In this document: piece after piece, positions 19,110-29,405 of the stretch
Position numbering within the stretch: position 1 is the first letter of the stretch
Layout: each line of letters starts with the position of its first letter
Source of the DNA: an uncultured Nitrososphaerota archaeon
GTDB lineage: Archaea; Thermoproteota; Nitrososphaeria; Nitrososphaerales; CADDZS01
NCBI GenBank assembly: GCA_963799845.1
Contig: CAWCYI010000001.1
Span: 64,001 to 128,000 of the forward strand
Length of the DNA: 64,000 nt
Direction of reading: 5' to 3'
Position numbers and translations under genes: made by a program
The notes under the pieces: model-generated
The model's database searches: none
Seen by the model: the letters and a program-made list of their open reading frames with translations, nothing else
Told to the model about the DNA's origin: nothing

Positions 19110-19850
19110 TCACCGCTTGTCTCTTGGTTGCCCAAAGTCAACCGTCGGCTTCGGCTTCGGACTTGCCATCGCAGAGAGTTTCTGGACAAGTTCCTCCTCT
19201 CTCATACCCGAAAGACTCAGAATGATCCTTTCCTTTTCGGCGAGTGCTTTTCCAACCTGGTCGATTTCCTTCGGACCGTGCAAAACAACCATCCGCGGTT
19301 TCAAATGAACAACCCGGATCGCGACCATCGGGGAGCGCCCCAGACCTACTTTCGTAAATACAAGCAGTCTTTCAGTCGTGGCTCCGTAAATTTTGTAAAA
19401 ATCAAATCCTGAGAGGGCATAGATTGTCTTTATTGAATCCAGTACTGTATACCCGTATATTTCGGTGTCAAGCCTCTCGGAACCGGTGACGACCATGCCG
19501 GACAATAATTCTACAAGCCTGCCCGCCTTTATCGGTTCGCTGAATTCGCCGATCGACAGTATCGCAGACCTGTCCTTTGGTTCAACCTCTTTAACGAGGA
19601 GTTTATGGTGCGTCTGGTCTAATTTCACTAGTGCGCTCACGTATCTCTTGATGAAACCTACTCCAGGGGAGGCCCTCCTACCACTTTCATAGTCACTCAG
19701 GACGGAGGGGGAAAGACCCATTTCGCGAGCCAAAATCGCTTGCTTTACAGCGATCCTTTCCCGCCATTTTCTCATCGCGTCGCCGGGATTTTCACTTATC
19801 ACGACATCGCCGGCTATGTGAGCAGCGAACTCGTCATGATCGAGGCTCAT
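19110..19850 (-). CDS. XRE-HTH transcriptional regulator (COG1709-like)
   Basis: PGDAMRKWRE, SPSVLSDYESGRR, GYTVLDSIK, GRSPMVAIRV. Confidence 0.88.
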   Translation of the reverse strand: MSLDHDEFAAHIAGDVVISENPGDAMRKWRERIAVKQAILAREMGLSPSVLSDYESGRRASPGVGFIKRYVSALVKLDQTHHKLLVKEVEPKDRSAILSIGEFSEPIKAGRLVELLSGMVVTGSERLDTEIYGYTVLDSIKTIYALSGFDFYKIYGATTERLLVFTKVGLGRSPMVAIRVVHLKPRMVVLHGPKEIDQVGKALAEKERIILSLSGMREEELVQKLSAMASPKPKPTVDFGQPRDKR

Positions 19851-19931
19851 GACAAACCTACGTCAACTGTCGATTTAAGCGTTCCCGGATAATACAGATC
19901 TTACGTTTGAGATGGGTAGATCTGATTGATC

Positions 19932-21428
19932 TCACTGAATGGTAGGAGCAGCCAACATGAGTTTTTTACCGTTGGTGGATCTCCCAAAGAACTTCTTCGT
20001 CTGACCCATCGCCATGAATTTCGATTCTCCTACCTTTACCAACATCGGAAGGTCAGAAACAACCTTGCCAAGAATAAGGCAGTGTCGCCTGGGAAGAGTT
20101 CGTACGATTGACTTGATGGTATCGGCGTCGGCTGTCGAAGCGCGGGCTATCATGTCGAGATCGGTTTCATTTGTAAAGTTAAACAGAAAGATGTTGTCCG
20201 CCTGGCGGTAAATTCCATCATTTATCGCATCCGGTTGATTAGTTATGAGCGTTGTAAAAATTCCAAAATGTCGCATTCTCGTCACAATGTCATCCCAATA
20301 AGTTTCTCTTAGGTAAAGGTGTGCTTCCTCGGCGAAAAGGAACACAGGCGGGATAGCCTCTCTCTCTAGAAGCTGAACGAGCTTGCTCAAGATAATCTCG
20401 ACAACCATTTTCTTTGTCAGCGACGACGATCTTTTCAGAGAGATAACGATCGCACCTCCTCGCGGCAGTAGACTCTTCATCAGATCGTCGACTCTCACTC
20501 CATCATCCTTGGTTCTTGCGAAGATTCCGGAACTTTTCATCGTCTGGAATCTGGAATACAATGCGTCCTTGACGAGCTCGTTTCCCCGCCAGTTTTGTAT
20601 CGCTTCGGCGAGTCCGTCAAGTGTGAAATGCCCGCTATGCTCTAAAGAGTTGATAATCCGAATGAATTCCCGGAGCGACGCGCTGGGAGCGTCAAGCACG
20701 TGCTGCATCAGTGAAATGAGACTGAATTCTCCGAGGTAATCGAGCGCAAAAGTGAGATTGCTTCCGGGTTCCAGCGTCAGAATTCGGTCGAATAGTTCGT
20801 TTCTCGACCCATCCTTGTTCATCCCGAGGCCTTCGTATTCATTGTTTAGATCGAAGATAATTACAACAGCTCCGCTCGAAACGAGCGAACTCGTCAAGAT
20901 TTTTGATAGGTGGGACTTACCGGACTCTTTTTTCCCGGTAATGATTGACAGATTTCCGTCAATTGCTTCGCCGAGAATGGTAAACTGTTCACCGTCGCGA
21001 GTGGTGCCAACCTTTATCTGTGCCGATCCGGTCTGACCTGCGAGATCAAGAAGCTTCGATTGCGAAATCTTTCTTACTCTGGAACGAGTTCTGGAAGGAA
21101 GCCAAAAGACGTTTGGAATCATCAGACCGTTTTGTATGCAGCCGCGGATCTTGCACTTTAGGAGCCGCATATCCTTGATCATTTGAGAGACGCTCGAAAT
21201 CTCAAATGGGTCCACTTCGGTTCCGGTGGCGCTCGATTCGATGATTTGTTCCCTTATGATGTCCTCGGTGAGGGACTGGCTCGGAATATACGTCTCATCA
21301 AATACTTGAATCACGACCGACCCAGGTCCAGAAGAGTCAACGATCTCAAGATAGTCCCCCTGAAACACGTTCTCGGACGGCAGCGCTATTATCGAGATTT
21401 GGTCAGCTTCCTTTTCCAAGATTCTCAA
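19932..21428 (-). CDS. herA: HerA/FtsK-family ATPase
   Basis: N-terminal beta-rich (HAS-like) region, Walker A GKKESGKS, IFDLNNEY, Walker B FLFAEEAH, RMRHFG. Confidence 0.8.
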   Translation of the reverse strand: MRILEKEADQISIIALPSENVFQGDYLEIVDSSGPGSVVIQVFDETYIPSQSLTEDIIREQIIESSATGTEVDPFEISSVSQMIKDMRLLKCKIRGCIQNGLMIPNVFWLPSRTRSRVRKISQSKLLDLAGQTGSAQIKVGTTRDGEQFTILGEAIDGNLSIITGKKESGKSHLSKILTSSLVSSGAVVIIFDLNNEYEGLGMNKDGSRNELFDRILTLEPGSNLTFALDYLGEFSLISLMQHVLDAPSASLREFIRIINSLEHSGHFTLDGLAEAIQNWRGNELVKDALYSRFQTMKSSGIFARTKDDGVRVDDLMKSLLPRGGAIVISLKRSSSLTKKMVVEIILSKLVQLLEREAIPPVFLFAEEAHLYLRETYWDDIVTRMRHFGIFTTLITNQPDAINDGIYRQADNIFLFNFTNETDLDMIARASTADADTIKSIVRTLPRRHCLILGKVVSDLPMLVKVGESKFMAMGQTKKFFGRSTNGKKLMLAAPTIQ

Positions 21429-21457
21429 GTGAGAAGAACTCCTCCATTTTGTTTCGA

Positions 21458-22492
21458 CTAGACAAGCTTCCCAAGAATAGTTGCCCTGAAATCGTCAGAT
21501 GGGATGTGAATTAGCCGGTATTTTTTCGAGAGATAGCTTCTGATGGAAGAAATCGTCGAGGAATCAAATACTGCAAGATGATGAGCGAGCCTGAGGGTCT
21601 CGGGATATCCGCGAAAGAAGAGATCGTTTCCTTTGACGTCACCCAATACCTGAGGATCTTCCTCAGAATTCCGGCTCGACATGTCAACCCGAAAAACAGA
21701 TGCATTCGGAGAAAACTTGACGACGAGCACCCTGCTGTCCTTGGAAGAAAAGAAAATCCTCATTGTGTCTGTGATGTCGAAGTACGTCTCACTGCCTCCG
21801 ATAGACTGCAGACGGCTTGCGGCTCTGGAAACGACTCGAAGGCTTGAACTCTTTCCAACACCGACGATCTGGTTTAGATTTTCTTCCGCTGCATTCTCCA
21901 GATCCCTGAGACCCATGCCTTTGGATTCGAGAGAAGAACATTTCAGCGAACCGTCAACCAGAACAATCGAATCGCTGTTTGTCTTTGCCGATATGATTTG
22001 GGCCGATCTTTCCAGTCTCAACCTGATGAATCTCTCGGAAATCGAGTTGTCAGAAGCAATTGCCCTAAGTGCCTTTTGTGGGAGAGTATTTCGAAGGTCT
22101 TCAGACAGATATTTCATCGTCATGTAAAATATGAATGGCCCTGCGCGGCAGTAATTTCTTATTTTGGAATTTTTTGAGCTCACAACAGCGACTCGACCCG
22201 CAAATATTGCCCCATCTTCGGTCTCTCCAATTAGAGCACATGTCGAATCAATCCCAATTACTTGCCTCTCTCTAGAGCTGACTGCAAAACTTCTGACTCG
22301 ATAAGGACACTCTTCGTCCGATGATTCGAGATTCTGAAGCGGAATTACCTCCTTTGAAAAATCGGATCTGAAAAAAACCTTCATTCCAGCCAAAGTTGAG
22401 AGCGAGGAATCAAGATTTGATCCGAATGATTCGAGATTGACCAGGCCAGTTGAGGTTTCGGCATGTGGGACAATATTTAATTGATTGTTCAT
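21458..22492 (-). CDS. nurA: NurA-family nuclease
   Basis: IGIDST, LVDGSL, GVGKSS, GYPETLRLAH; adjacent to herA. Confidence 0.8.
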   Translation of the reverse strand: MNNQLNIVPHAETSTGLVNLESFGSNLDSSLSTLAGMKVFFRSDFSKEVIPLQNLESSDEECPYRVRSFAVSSRERQVIGIDSTCALIGETEDGAIFAGRVAVVSSKNSKIRNYCRAGPFIFYMTMKYLSEDLRNTLPQKALRAIASDNSISERFIRLRLERSAQIISAKTNSDSIVLVDGSLKCSSLESKGMGLRDLENAAEENLNQIVGVGKSSSLRVVSRAASRLQSIGGSETYFDITDTMRIFFSSKDSRVLVVKFSPNASVFRVDMSSRNSEEDPQVLGDVKGNDLFFRGYPETLRLAHHLAVFDSSTISSIRSYLSKKYRLIHIPSDDFRATILGKLV

Positions 22493-22572
22493 GATGCGCA
22501 ACAGTCTATAGGACCATAGTTGTATTAAGTATTGCGCAACATGTTCACTTGATAATTGAGCAACATAGTCAA

Positions 22573-23013
22573 ATGTCAGAGAAAAAACCAATTACCGTGA
22601 GATTAAAAAAAGCAGGATGGGAGGTTGAAATCACCTGCGAAGAGGATCAGCTTCAGAACGCTATTGAAAGCGTCCTTTCTTCATTGTCAGCCGCATCCCC
22701 AAGCGGACCCGCTTCTTTGCTGGAGGAACGCCGCGACACCGCATCGAAGAAGACTGTCCGGGGACTTCTCTTAGAACTCTGGGACGAATCCTGGTTTTCG
22801 GAGGCAAGGTCCCTTTCAGAGGTGCACGAAGAAATTTCGCGACGGGGATACCATTACGACAGATCGGCCGTGTCTCATTCTCTCACAGACTTGGTAAAGG
22901 AAGGCGTGTTGAGTCGTCAGGGCAACATGCGCAACTATGCATACATTCAGAAGAAGCCGCCGATCGGTTCAAAATCTGAAAGCGGCGCTTCTCAAACTAC
23001 TACAACGACTTGA
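22573..23013 (+). CDS. Winged-helix DNA-binding protein
   Basis: WFSEARSLSEVHEEI...SAVSHSLTDLVKEGVLSR...YAY wHTH. Confidence 0.7.
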   Translation: MSEKKPITVRLKKAGWEVEITCEEDQLQNAIESVLSSLSAASPSGPASLLEERRDTASKKTVRGLLLELWDESWFSEARSLSEVHEEISRRGYHYDRSAVSHSLTDLVKEGVLSRQGNMRNYAYIQKKPPIGSKSESGASQTTTTT

Positions 23014-23026
23014 GTAGCTCGAAATG

Positions 23027-23554
23027 CTACTTTTTGGTCAGCAAGTTAGATAGCCATTCGACCCCAACAGTGCTTATTTTGAATTGGGATTTATCGTCTA
23101 TTGTTTGTTTGGTCACATAACCCGCTTTGGACATTTCGCTCAATCGGGAACTCAATGATTTCGGATTGAGCGACGTAGCTTCTTGGAGAGTCGTAAGACT
23201 GAGCCACGGCGAAGATCCATCCTTGGTCTCTGAAGCAATTCTCTGCGCAACCAACTGAAGGGCTACAACCTCCTTATCGCTCAACTTTGCTCCTTCGGCC
23301 CAAACTCGAGGGCCCTCGGGAGTTATTTTCACATAATCTTTGAATTTCTCAACTAGATCTTTCGTGCTGAAATTCATTGAGAGCTTCTTGGCGAGATCGA
23401 TCTCGGGAATATTTTTTGAGATGAAATTATTGATCGATTGCATGACAATCTCGGCGGACCCGGAAAACTCGGCTCTCGCGGCTCCCAGAGATATTGAGAC
23501 GGTCAGTTTTTCATTCTTTTCTCCAAGAGTCGCAGATTTGGAATCATCAGACAT
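23027..23554 (-). CDS. Winged-helix DNA-binding protein
   Basis: LSLTTLQEAT..PKSLSSRLSEMSKAGYVTK..FKISTVG wHTH. Confidence 0.7.
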   Translation of the reverse strand: MSDDSKSATLGEKNEKLTVSISLGAARAEFSGSAEIVMQSINNFISKNIPEIDLAKKLSMNFSTKDLVEKFKDYVKITPEGPRVWAEGAKLSDKEVVALQLVAQRIASETKDGSSPWLSLTTLQEATSLNPKSLSSRLSEMSKAGYVTKQTIDDKSQFKISTVGVEWLSNLLTKK

Positions 23555-23583
23555 GAAGTTATCGAGCCAGCCTCCTTGTTTCA

Positions 23584-25542
23584 TTAGCTTTTTCGTTCGA
23601 ATGAATCCAAGCGTTCCGACAGTGTCTCGCTGACCAGCTTTCCATCAGCTCTCCCCCTTACTATTTGCATGACTTTTCCCATCAGGGTACTGCGAGACGC
23701 TGACGCTCCTTTAGAAGCGATTAGACTTGAATTCTGAGTGATCACATCGTCTATTATCATCACGAGTTCTTCAAGCGTAATTCGAGTTAATCCCGCCTTT
23801 GAGAGGGCCTCTTCGAGTGAAAGATTCGGATTTGTTGCCATCTCTTTGATGACGGTCTGAATCGCTTCCTTGGCAAACCTTCCTTCATCCAGAGCGACAA
23901 ACATATCCCAAAGAGCATCGTCTTTCAAAGAGTCTACCTGCACACTTGACCTTGAAAGCGAGAGCATTGTGTCGACCAGTGCAGAGGCAACAATAGATGC
24001 GGGTAATCTCGTTTCGGAGACGACTTTCTCAAAGAGATTCTTTCTGTCAGAGTCGTAGAGCGGCTCCGCAATTTGCATTGGGAGACCGTACTTCTTGGAA
24101 AACGAGCTAACCTGCTTATCCCAAGGTTCGGGAATCTCATTTCTCAATCTGTCGATGCTCGATTGAGATATCTGAATTAGGGGGATGTCGGTTTCCGGGT
24201 ACATTCGTGCTGAGCCCGGGCGTGGTCGGAGGAAAGTTGTCTCACCCTCGATGCTCGCGGCGCGCGTCTCGGCAGGCACCCCGGTCAAGGCATGACGGAT
24301 TCTTGCGACGACCGCATCTGCTACCCGATGAACTCTTGCCGCTTCTCCGCCAACAAGAACAAAGGCGTCCTCCATATCCAGGTTAAATTGACCTCTAACA
24401 AGAGCGATTTCACCCAGGGTAATTCCATAGTTCGGAAGCTCGTCAGAATGAAAAACGCCTCCAAGCCCGTAAGATTTGGCGATTGCCCCAAGTTCTTTAC
24501 CAAGCCGAGAGTGGTACTCGTTTTCTTTCCCTATAAAACCCACGAACTTCTTTACAACAATGCAAACGACGCGTGCGGAATTTGACGCAAGAATTTTCTT
24601 CAGCACGTTAGAAGTCGTGTTCTTAAAAATCTCAGTAGCGTCAAACTCGGAGATTTCCAGGCTGTTCCCTATACTATCCTTGATTTCCTTTGCGAGGTCA
24701 AAAAAGAACTTTTGTCTGGCTGCCTCGAAATTAATAACTTTCTTGAACTGATCTAGGCGTTGCACCCCTTTTACTTCGATTACTTTTCCGTCCATCACGG
24801 AGATATTGAGATCCTGTCTGATTGTCCCGATTCCTCTTGCAACCCTGCCGGTGGATCGCATTAGTTTTCCAAGCGTTTTCGCCGCCTCTTCTGCATTGTC
24901 TGGAGATCCTTCTATCGGCGCGAGAGCAACCTCGACGAGAGGTGATCCCAGCCGGTCGAGCGCGTAACTCCGCCCTTCCGATCCTCCGGCATCAAATTCA
25001 TCCTTAATCGCTCGCGCAGCATCTTCTTCGAGGCTTATCGACTGGACTCTTACTTTCTTATCCTCCCCAAACTTCAGCTCCCCGCCCAAACCAATCACCG
25101 CGGTTCGCTGGAAGCCGGACGTGTTTGAACCGTCGACCACAATCTTTCTCATAACATGGATTTCGTCGACAATTCGGGAGTTCACTGACAATCCGAAAAT
25201 TAGAGCGGTTTCCAATCCTTCGATACTGATTGGATGTGGAGGCTCTTCATCAGCTTCGACAAGGCAGCTTGTCTCGAAGGGGGCAACGTAATTGACCTTG
25301 ATCTCTTTGCGCGACTCAAACTGGGCTGCTTCGTCGAATTCGCCGAGTTCGGAAGAGACGGGTCTAAGAGTCCTTGAAAATCGCGGGATATTTTCTGAAA
25401 AACTCTCCCCGAACTGCTCAGAAAAGGGAGGGCATGCACAGAACAACTTTGTACTCGTGGCCAACTGCTGATGAACCTCAAGACCAACTTTCAGTCTGAT
25501 CGACTTGAAATCAAGAGCGGTGTCCGATACCTTGCTTCCCAA
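23584..25542 (-). CDS. gatE: Glu-tRNA(Gln) amidotransferase subunit E
   Basis: VGLEVHQQL..KLFC, EADEEPPH, DGSNTSGFQRT, GTIRQDLNIS, RPGSARMYPETDIP. Confidence 0.96.
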   Translation of the reverse strand: MGSKVSDTALDFKSIRLKVGLEVHQQLATSTKLFCACPPFSEQFGESFSENIPRFSRTLRPVSSELGEFDEAAQFESRKEIKVNYVAPFETSCLVEADEEPPHPISIEGLETALIFGLSVNSRIVDEIHVMRKIVVDGSNTSGFQRTAVIGLGGELKFGEDKKVRVQSISLEEDAARAIKDEFDAGGSEGRSYALDRLGSPLVEVALAPIEGSPDNAEEAAKTLGKLMRSTGRVARGIGTIRQDLNISVMDGKVIEVKGVQRLDQFKKVINFEAARQKFFFDLAKEIKDSIGNSLEISEFDATEIFKNTTSNVLKKILASNSARVVCIVVKKFVGFIGKENEYHSRLGKELGAIAKSYGLGGVFHSDELPNYGITLGEIALVRGQFNLDMEDAFVLVGGEAARVHRVADAVVARIRHALTGVPAETRAASIEGETTFLRPRPGSARMYPETDIPLIQISQSSIDRLRNEIPEPWDKQVSSFSKKYGLPMQIAEPLYDSDRKNLFEKVVSETRLPASIVASALVDTMLSLSRSSVQVDSLKDDALWDMFVALDEGRFAKEAIQTVIKEMATNPNLSLEEALSKAGLTRITLEELVMIIDDVITQNSSLIASKGASASRSTLMGKVMQIVRGRADGKLVSETLSERLDSFERKS

Positions 25543-25549
25543 ATTGAAT

Positions 25550-26914
25550 TTACATCTCGGTTTGGATCTCTTTCTGTTTCAGCAGGATTCTCATGTTGAA
25601 CTCCCCAACGAAATTCTTCAAAATAATTTCTGTCGGCGATTGAAAATTTCCGAGAACCCACGACAATTTCGCGAAAGCCGTTTCAGCAAACATATTTTCC
25701 AAAGGTACTGCGCCGGCAGCAGTGAGATCCCTCCCGGTGCGGTAGACGTTTAGATGAACGTGGCCCCAGATGCACTGGGAAGTCATTCCAACAAAAACGC
25801 CTTTCTTCACAAGCGAAGAAATCTTTGAGACCGTTCTGTCAGAAACATGCCCTAAACCGGTTCCCTCAACAATTATTCCCCTGACATTCTTCGTTTCTAC
25901 AAGGTAATCTAGGACCCCAGGATCAAACCCCGGGTGAAATTTCACAAGGGCAGCACCGCTATCAAATTTCGTCTTGAGTCTGAATTCTTCGGAAATCGGG
26001 TCTGGATGCTCAGCTCTCGGATCATTGGTCCAAACTATTTCGTTGTCTTTGACTATCGCGATGGGAAGGGAATCTATCGATTTGAATGCGTCTCTTCTGC
26101 TGGTGTGGTTTTTTCGAACCCTAACTCCAGAGTGAATTGCCACGCCTTTGTCATTCTCGTCTTGGTGCATTGCAACGTAAACTCCGGGTCTTCCGGATTC
26201 TACTGCAAACAGGGCAGCAGCTGTCAAATTTATCGCCGCGTCGGAAGAGGGCCGATCCGGTGATCGCTGGGCCCCGACAAGTACGACTGGAATCTCGAAA
26301 CCGATCAGTGAAAAACTCAGCGCGGCGGACGTATAGGCTAGAGTGTCAGTCCCCATCATCACGACAACACCAGCCGGTTTTTTCGATTTTGAAAGATCGA
26401 TGATTTTTGAGGTTAGGGTACCCCAGTCCGAAGGAGACATATTTTCGCTGTAAATTGAGAACACAACTTCCGGCTCTACGACTGCTATCCGGTCAAGTTC
26501 TGGCACCGCCTCGTAGAGGTCTGAAGCCGACAACGCCGGATAGACTGCTCCAGTCCTGTAATCGACTCTGCTCGCGATAGTTCCTCCGGTGCTCACCAGC
26601 AGGAGTTTCTTTTTTGGTACAGTTTCACCCTCAGCCTCTGTATTTTTGGGGCGCGGAATTTGCGAATCCTGCCGATCCTCTCCGAGCGGTCTTAGCGTCT
26701 TTATCTTGTCGAGTTTTATCCCTATATTATAGCCTGATTTGAGTTTCAGAACAACGTGCTCATCATCGGCATATCTGTATCTTGGAATGATGAGGCCCCT
26801 GACTTCGAGCCCGTCAGAATCGATAACTTCAACCTGTTGTCCGACTTTAGCTCCATTTCTTTGAAGAAATTCAAGAGCTCGCCCCCTGTATCCTTCGGTA
26901 CTAGACTCGGACAG
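25550..26914 (-). CDS. gatD: Glu-tRNA(Gln) amidotransferase subunit D (CTG start)
   Basis: STGGTIASRVDYRTGAV, GTDT, QRSPDRPSSD, HTSRRDAF; frame stays open 106 codons upstream of the tracked ORF with the GatD N-domain (VLKLKSGYNIGI). Confidence 0.94.
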   Translation of the reverse strand: MSESSTEGYRGRALEFLQRNGAKVGQQVEVIDSDGLEVRGLIIPRYRYADDEHVVLKLKSGYNIGIKLDKIKTLRPLGEDRQDSQIPRPKNTEAEGETVPKKKLLLVSTGGTIASRVDYRTGAVYPALSASDLYEAVPELDRIAVVEPEVVFSIYSENMSPSDWGTLTSKIIDLSKSKKPAGVVVMMGTDTLAYTSAALSFSLIGFEIPVVLVGAQRSPDRPSSDAAINLTAAALFAVESGRPGVYVAMHQDENDKGVAIHSGVRVRKNHTSRRDAFKSIDSLPIAIVKDNEIVWTNDPRAEHPDPISEEFRLKTKFDSGAALVKFHPGFDPGVLDYLVETKNVRGIIVEGTGLGHVSDRTVSKISSLVKKGVFVGMTSQCIWGHVHLNVYRTGRDLTAAGAVPLENMFAETAFAKLSWVLGNFQSPTEIILKNFVGEFNMRILLKQKEIQTEM

Positions 26915-26999
26915 TTCAGTTCCTCCCTCCAGCAGCTCGGAGTCTGGAAAGAATGTATATCAGGCTTCCACGCGTTGCATGAAAACCTGAGTTCTCAGG

Positions 27000-29168
27000 T
27001 TACCTGTAGTACGGGACTGCTACTTTCTCTACAGGCTTTCCTTCTCTGGATGTCTTTACCTTTCGTATGGCATCCTCGAAGTGTCGCATCGTGACTAGAG
27101 CGTCGGTCGCGTTCTTCTTCGCGTCTTCCGGCTTTGGGAATTTTGCAACGTATTCCTGCAGTACAAGGGACACGGCGGTATTCACGACAGAGGTAATGTC
27201 CGCACCAGTGAATCCATCCATCATTTCTGCGACGCGGTCGAGATCAAGCTCCTTTGATATCGGCCTGTGCTTTGTCTGAATCTCCAGCACGGCTCTCCGT
27301 GCGTTCTTGTCTGGAGGTGGAATGTAGAGAAGCTTGTCAAACCTGCCCGCACGCAGCAGCGCCGGATCTACCATATCCATCCTGTTTGTTGCAGCAAGCA
27401 CAACGACTCCGTTCAGCGTCTGGATTCCATCAAGTTCAGTCAGTAGTTGGCTGACGACTCGCTCGGTTACCATGCTGTCGCCACCGAGCCCCCTTACTGG
27501 TGCGAGGGCGTCTATCTCGTCAAAGAAAATCACACAAGGGGAAGCCTGTCTCGCCCGACGAAACACTTCTCTGACTCCCCTCTCAGACTCTCCGACCCAC
27601 TTTGAAAGGAGCTCAGGACCTCTGACGCTGATGAAATTAGCTTCACTTTCGGTCGCCACGGATTTAGCAAGAAGAGTCTTACCAGTCCCCGAGGGACCGT
27701 ATAGCAGGATACCCTTCGGCATGCTGTAGCCTATGGCAGTGTAGAGATCCGGATACTTCAAAGGCCATTCGACGGCTTCCTGAAGTTCCTTCTTCACGGA
27801 TTCCAGCCCGCCAATGTCAGACCAGCGAATGTCGGGAGTTTCAAGATAGACTTCTCGCATCGCGGAAGGCATGACGTCCTTCAGCGCGTTCTCAAAGTCA
27901 TCCATCGTGACCTGCAACCTGTTGAGAAATTCGGGCTGAAGTTTGTCCTCTTCTAACTTTAGTTCGGGGAGCATCCGCCTCAATGTTTTCATGGCGCCTT
28001 CCTTGCAGAGATATTCAAGATCCGCGCCTACGAAGCCGTGAGTGACCGCAGAGAGTTTCTCAAGATCAACTTCCTGCGTAAGAGGCATGTGTCTGGTGTG
28101 AATCTGCAGGATCTCAAAACGTCCCCTCTTGTCCGGAACCTTGATCTCAATTTCCCGATCAAATCTTCCGGGTCTCCTTAATGCAGGATCAATTGCGTTC
28201 GGTCTGTTAGTTGCGGCAATTACGATGACCTTTCCTCTTGCCTCCAGACCGTCCATAAGCGAAAGAAGCTGAGACACAACCCTGCGCTCGACCTCTCCCG
28301 TCACTTCCTCTCGTTTAGGCGCGATGCTGTCAATCTCGTCGATGAAGACAATGGTCGGAGATTTTTCCCTCGCCTCTTTGAAAATCTCTCTCAGGCGAGC
28401 TTCGCTCTCACCATAGAACTTGCTCATGATCTCCGGCCCGGAGATGCTGATGAAATGTGCGTTGCTTTCGTTGGCAACCGCTTTAGCTAGAAGCGTCTTA
28501 CCAGTACCCGGAGGACCGTACAAAAGAACTCCCTTCGGAGCTTCAACGCCTAATTTTTCGAAAATTTCGGGGTGCCGAAGAGGCAACTCGATCATCTCCC
28601 TGACTTTTTGAATTTCGTCCTTGAGACCTCCGATATCCTCGTACGTAACTTGAGGGACGCCGCGGAGAGTCTCTCCCTTTTCCGAGATCGCGAATATCGT
28701 TCTCTGGGTGATCAGGACTGCATCGGCCATGGGACTGACACCCAAGACCTGGAAGGTCAATCTCCCACCAAAGTACGGAATCATAATATTGTCGCCCTTT
28801 GTGACTGGGACGCTCTCCAACGCGTCAGCAAGGTATCTCTCGTCGATTGGAGGAATCGCTTCCAGCGGTGCAACAACGACTTTTTCCGCCGGCGGCGCTT
28901 TTATCTTCTTGATTGTAACAGTGTCCCCAATCGCGACGCCCGAATTATTTCTGATTAAACCGTCAATTCTGATAACGCCCCTACCTTCGTCAGATGGATA
29001 TAACGGAAGACATTTCGCAACCGTACGACGCTTTCCCTTTATCTCAATGATGTCGCCAGTTGAGGCATCAAGAGCGTCCATAGCATCATAATCTATCCTC
29101 GCAACTCCGCGGCCTACGTCTCTGGTATAAGCTTCCAGAACTTTTAGCGTGACGCCTTGCTGACTCAT
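27000..29168 (-). CDS. cdc48: CDC48/VCP AAA+ ATPase
   Basis: N-domain plus two AAA modules ([16 protein letters not shown]), [11 protein letters not shown]. Confidence 0.97.
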   Translation of the reverse strand: MSQQGVTLKVLEAYTRDVGRGVARIDYDAMDALDASTGDIIEIKGKRRTVAKCLPLYPSDEGRGVIRIDGLIRNNSGVAIGDTVTIKKIKAPPAEKVVVAPLEAIPPIDERYLADALESVPVTKGDNIMIPYFGGRLTFQVLGVSPMADAVLITQRTIFAISEKGETLRGVPQVTYEDIGGLKDEIQKVREMIELPLRHPEIFEKLGVEAPKGVLLYGPPGTGKTLLAKAVANESNAHFISISGPEIMSKFYGESEARLREIFKEAREKSPTIVFIDEIDSIAPKREEVTGEVERRVVSQLLSLMDGLEARGKVIVIAATNRPNAIDPALRRPGRFDREIEIKVPDKRGRFEILQIHTRHMPLTQEVDLEKLSAVTHGFVGADLEYLCKEGAMKTLRRMLPELKLEEDKLQPEFLNRLQVTMDDFENALKDVMPSAMREVYLETPDIRWSDIGGLESVKKELQEAVEWPLKYPDLYTAIGYSMPKGILLYGPSGTGKTLLAKSVATESEANFISVRGPELLSKWVGESERGVREVFRRARQASPCVIFFDEIDALAPVRGLGGDSMVTERVVSQLLTELDGIQTLNGVVVLAATNRMDMVDPALLRAGRFDKLLYIPPPDKNARRAVLEIQTKHRPISKELDLDRVAEMMDGFTGADITSVVNTAVSLVLQEYVAKFPKPEDAKKNATDALVTMRHFEDAIRKVKTSREGKPVEKVAVPYYR

Positions 29169-29228
29169 ATCACACGCTTTCCTTTACTGCCAGATTATGC
29201 CACTTCTATTATTTCTGTCTTTCACATA

Positions 29229-29276
29229 CCTACGACTAATTCTAGATATTAGAAGTGAGTAGGCGAAATCTAGATT
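29229..29276. promoter_or_regulatory. Nested palindromes between the divergent cdc48 and ABCE1 genes
   Basis: CTAAT-TCTAGAT-ATTAG (29236-29252) within CCTAC...GTAGG, plus perfect AATCTAGATT (29267-29276). Confidence 0.35.
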
Positions 29277-29405
29277 ATGGCAGTGTTACAACTTTATCTC
29301 CAATCCTTTTTTCCGTGTCTGCGAGATCCGCGTGTAATCCTAATATATGTCGAGCGACCTTTTGCAGTTTCTTAAGCAAGAATTTTTTCGAGGTAACGAA
29401 GTAAT

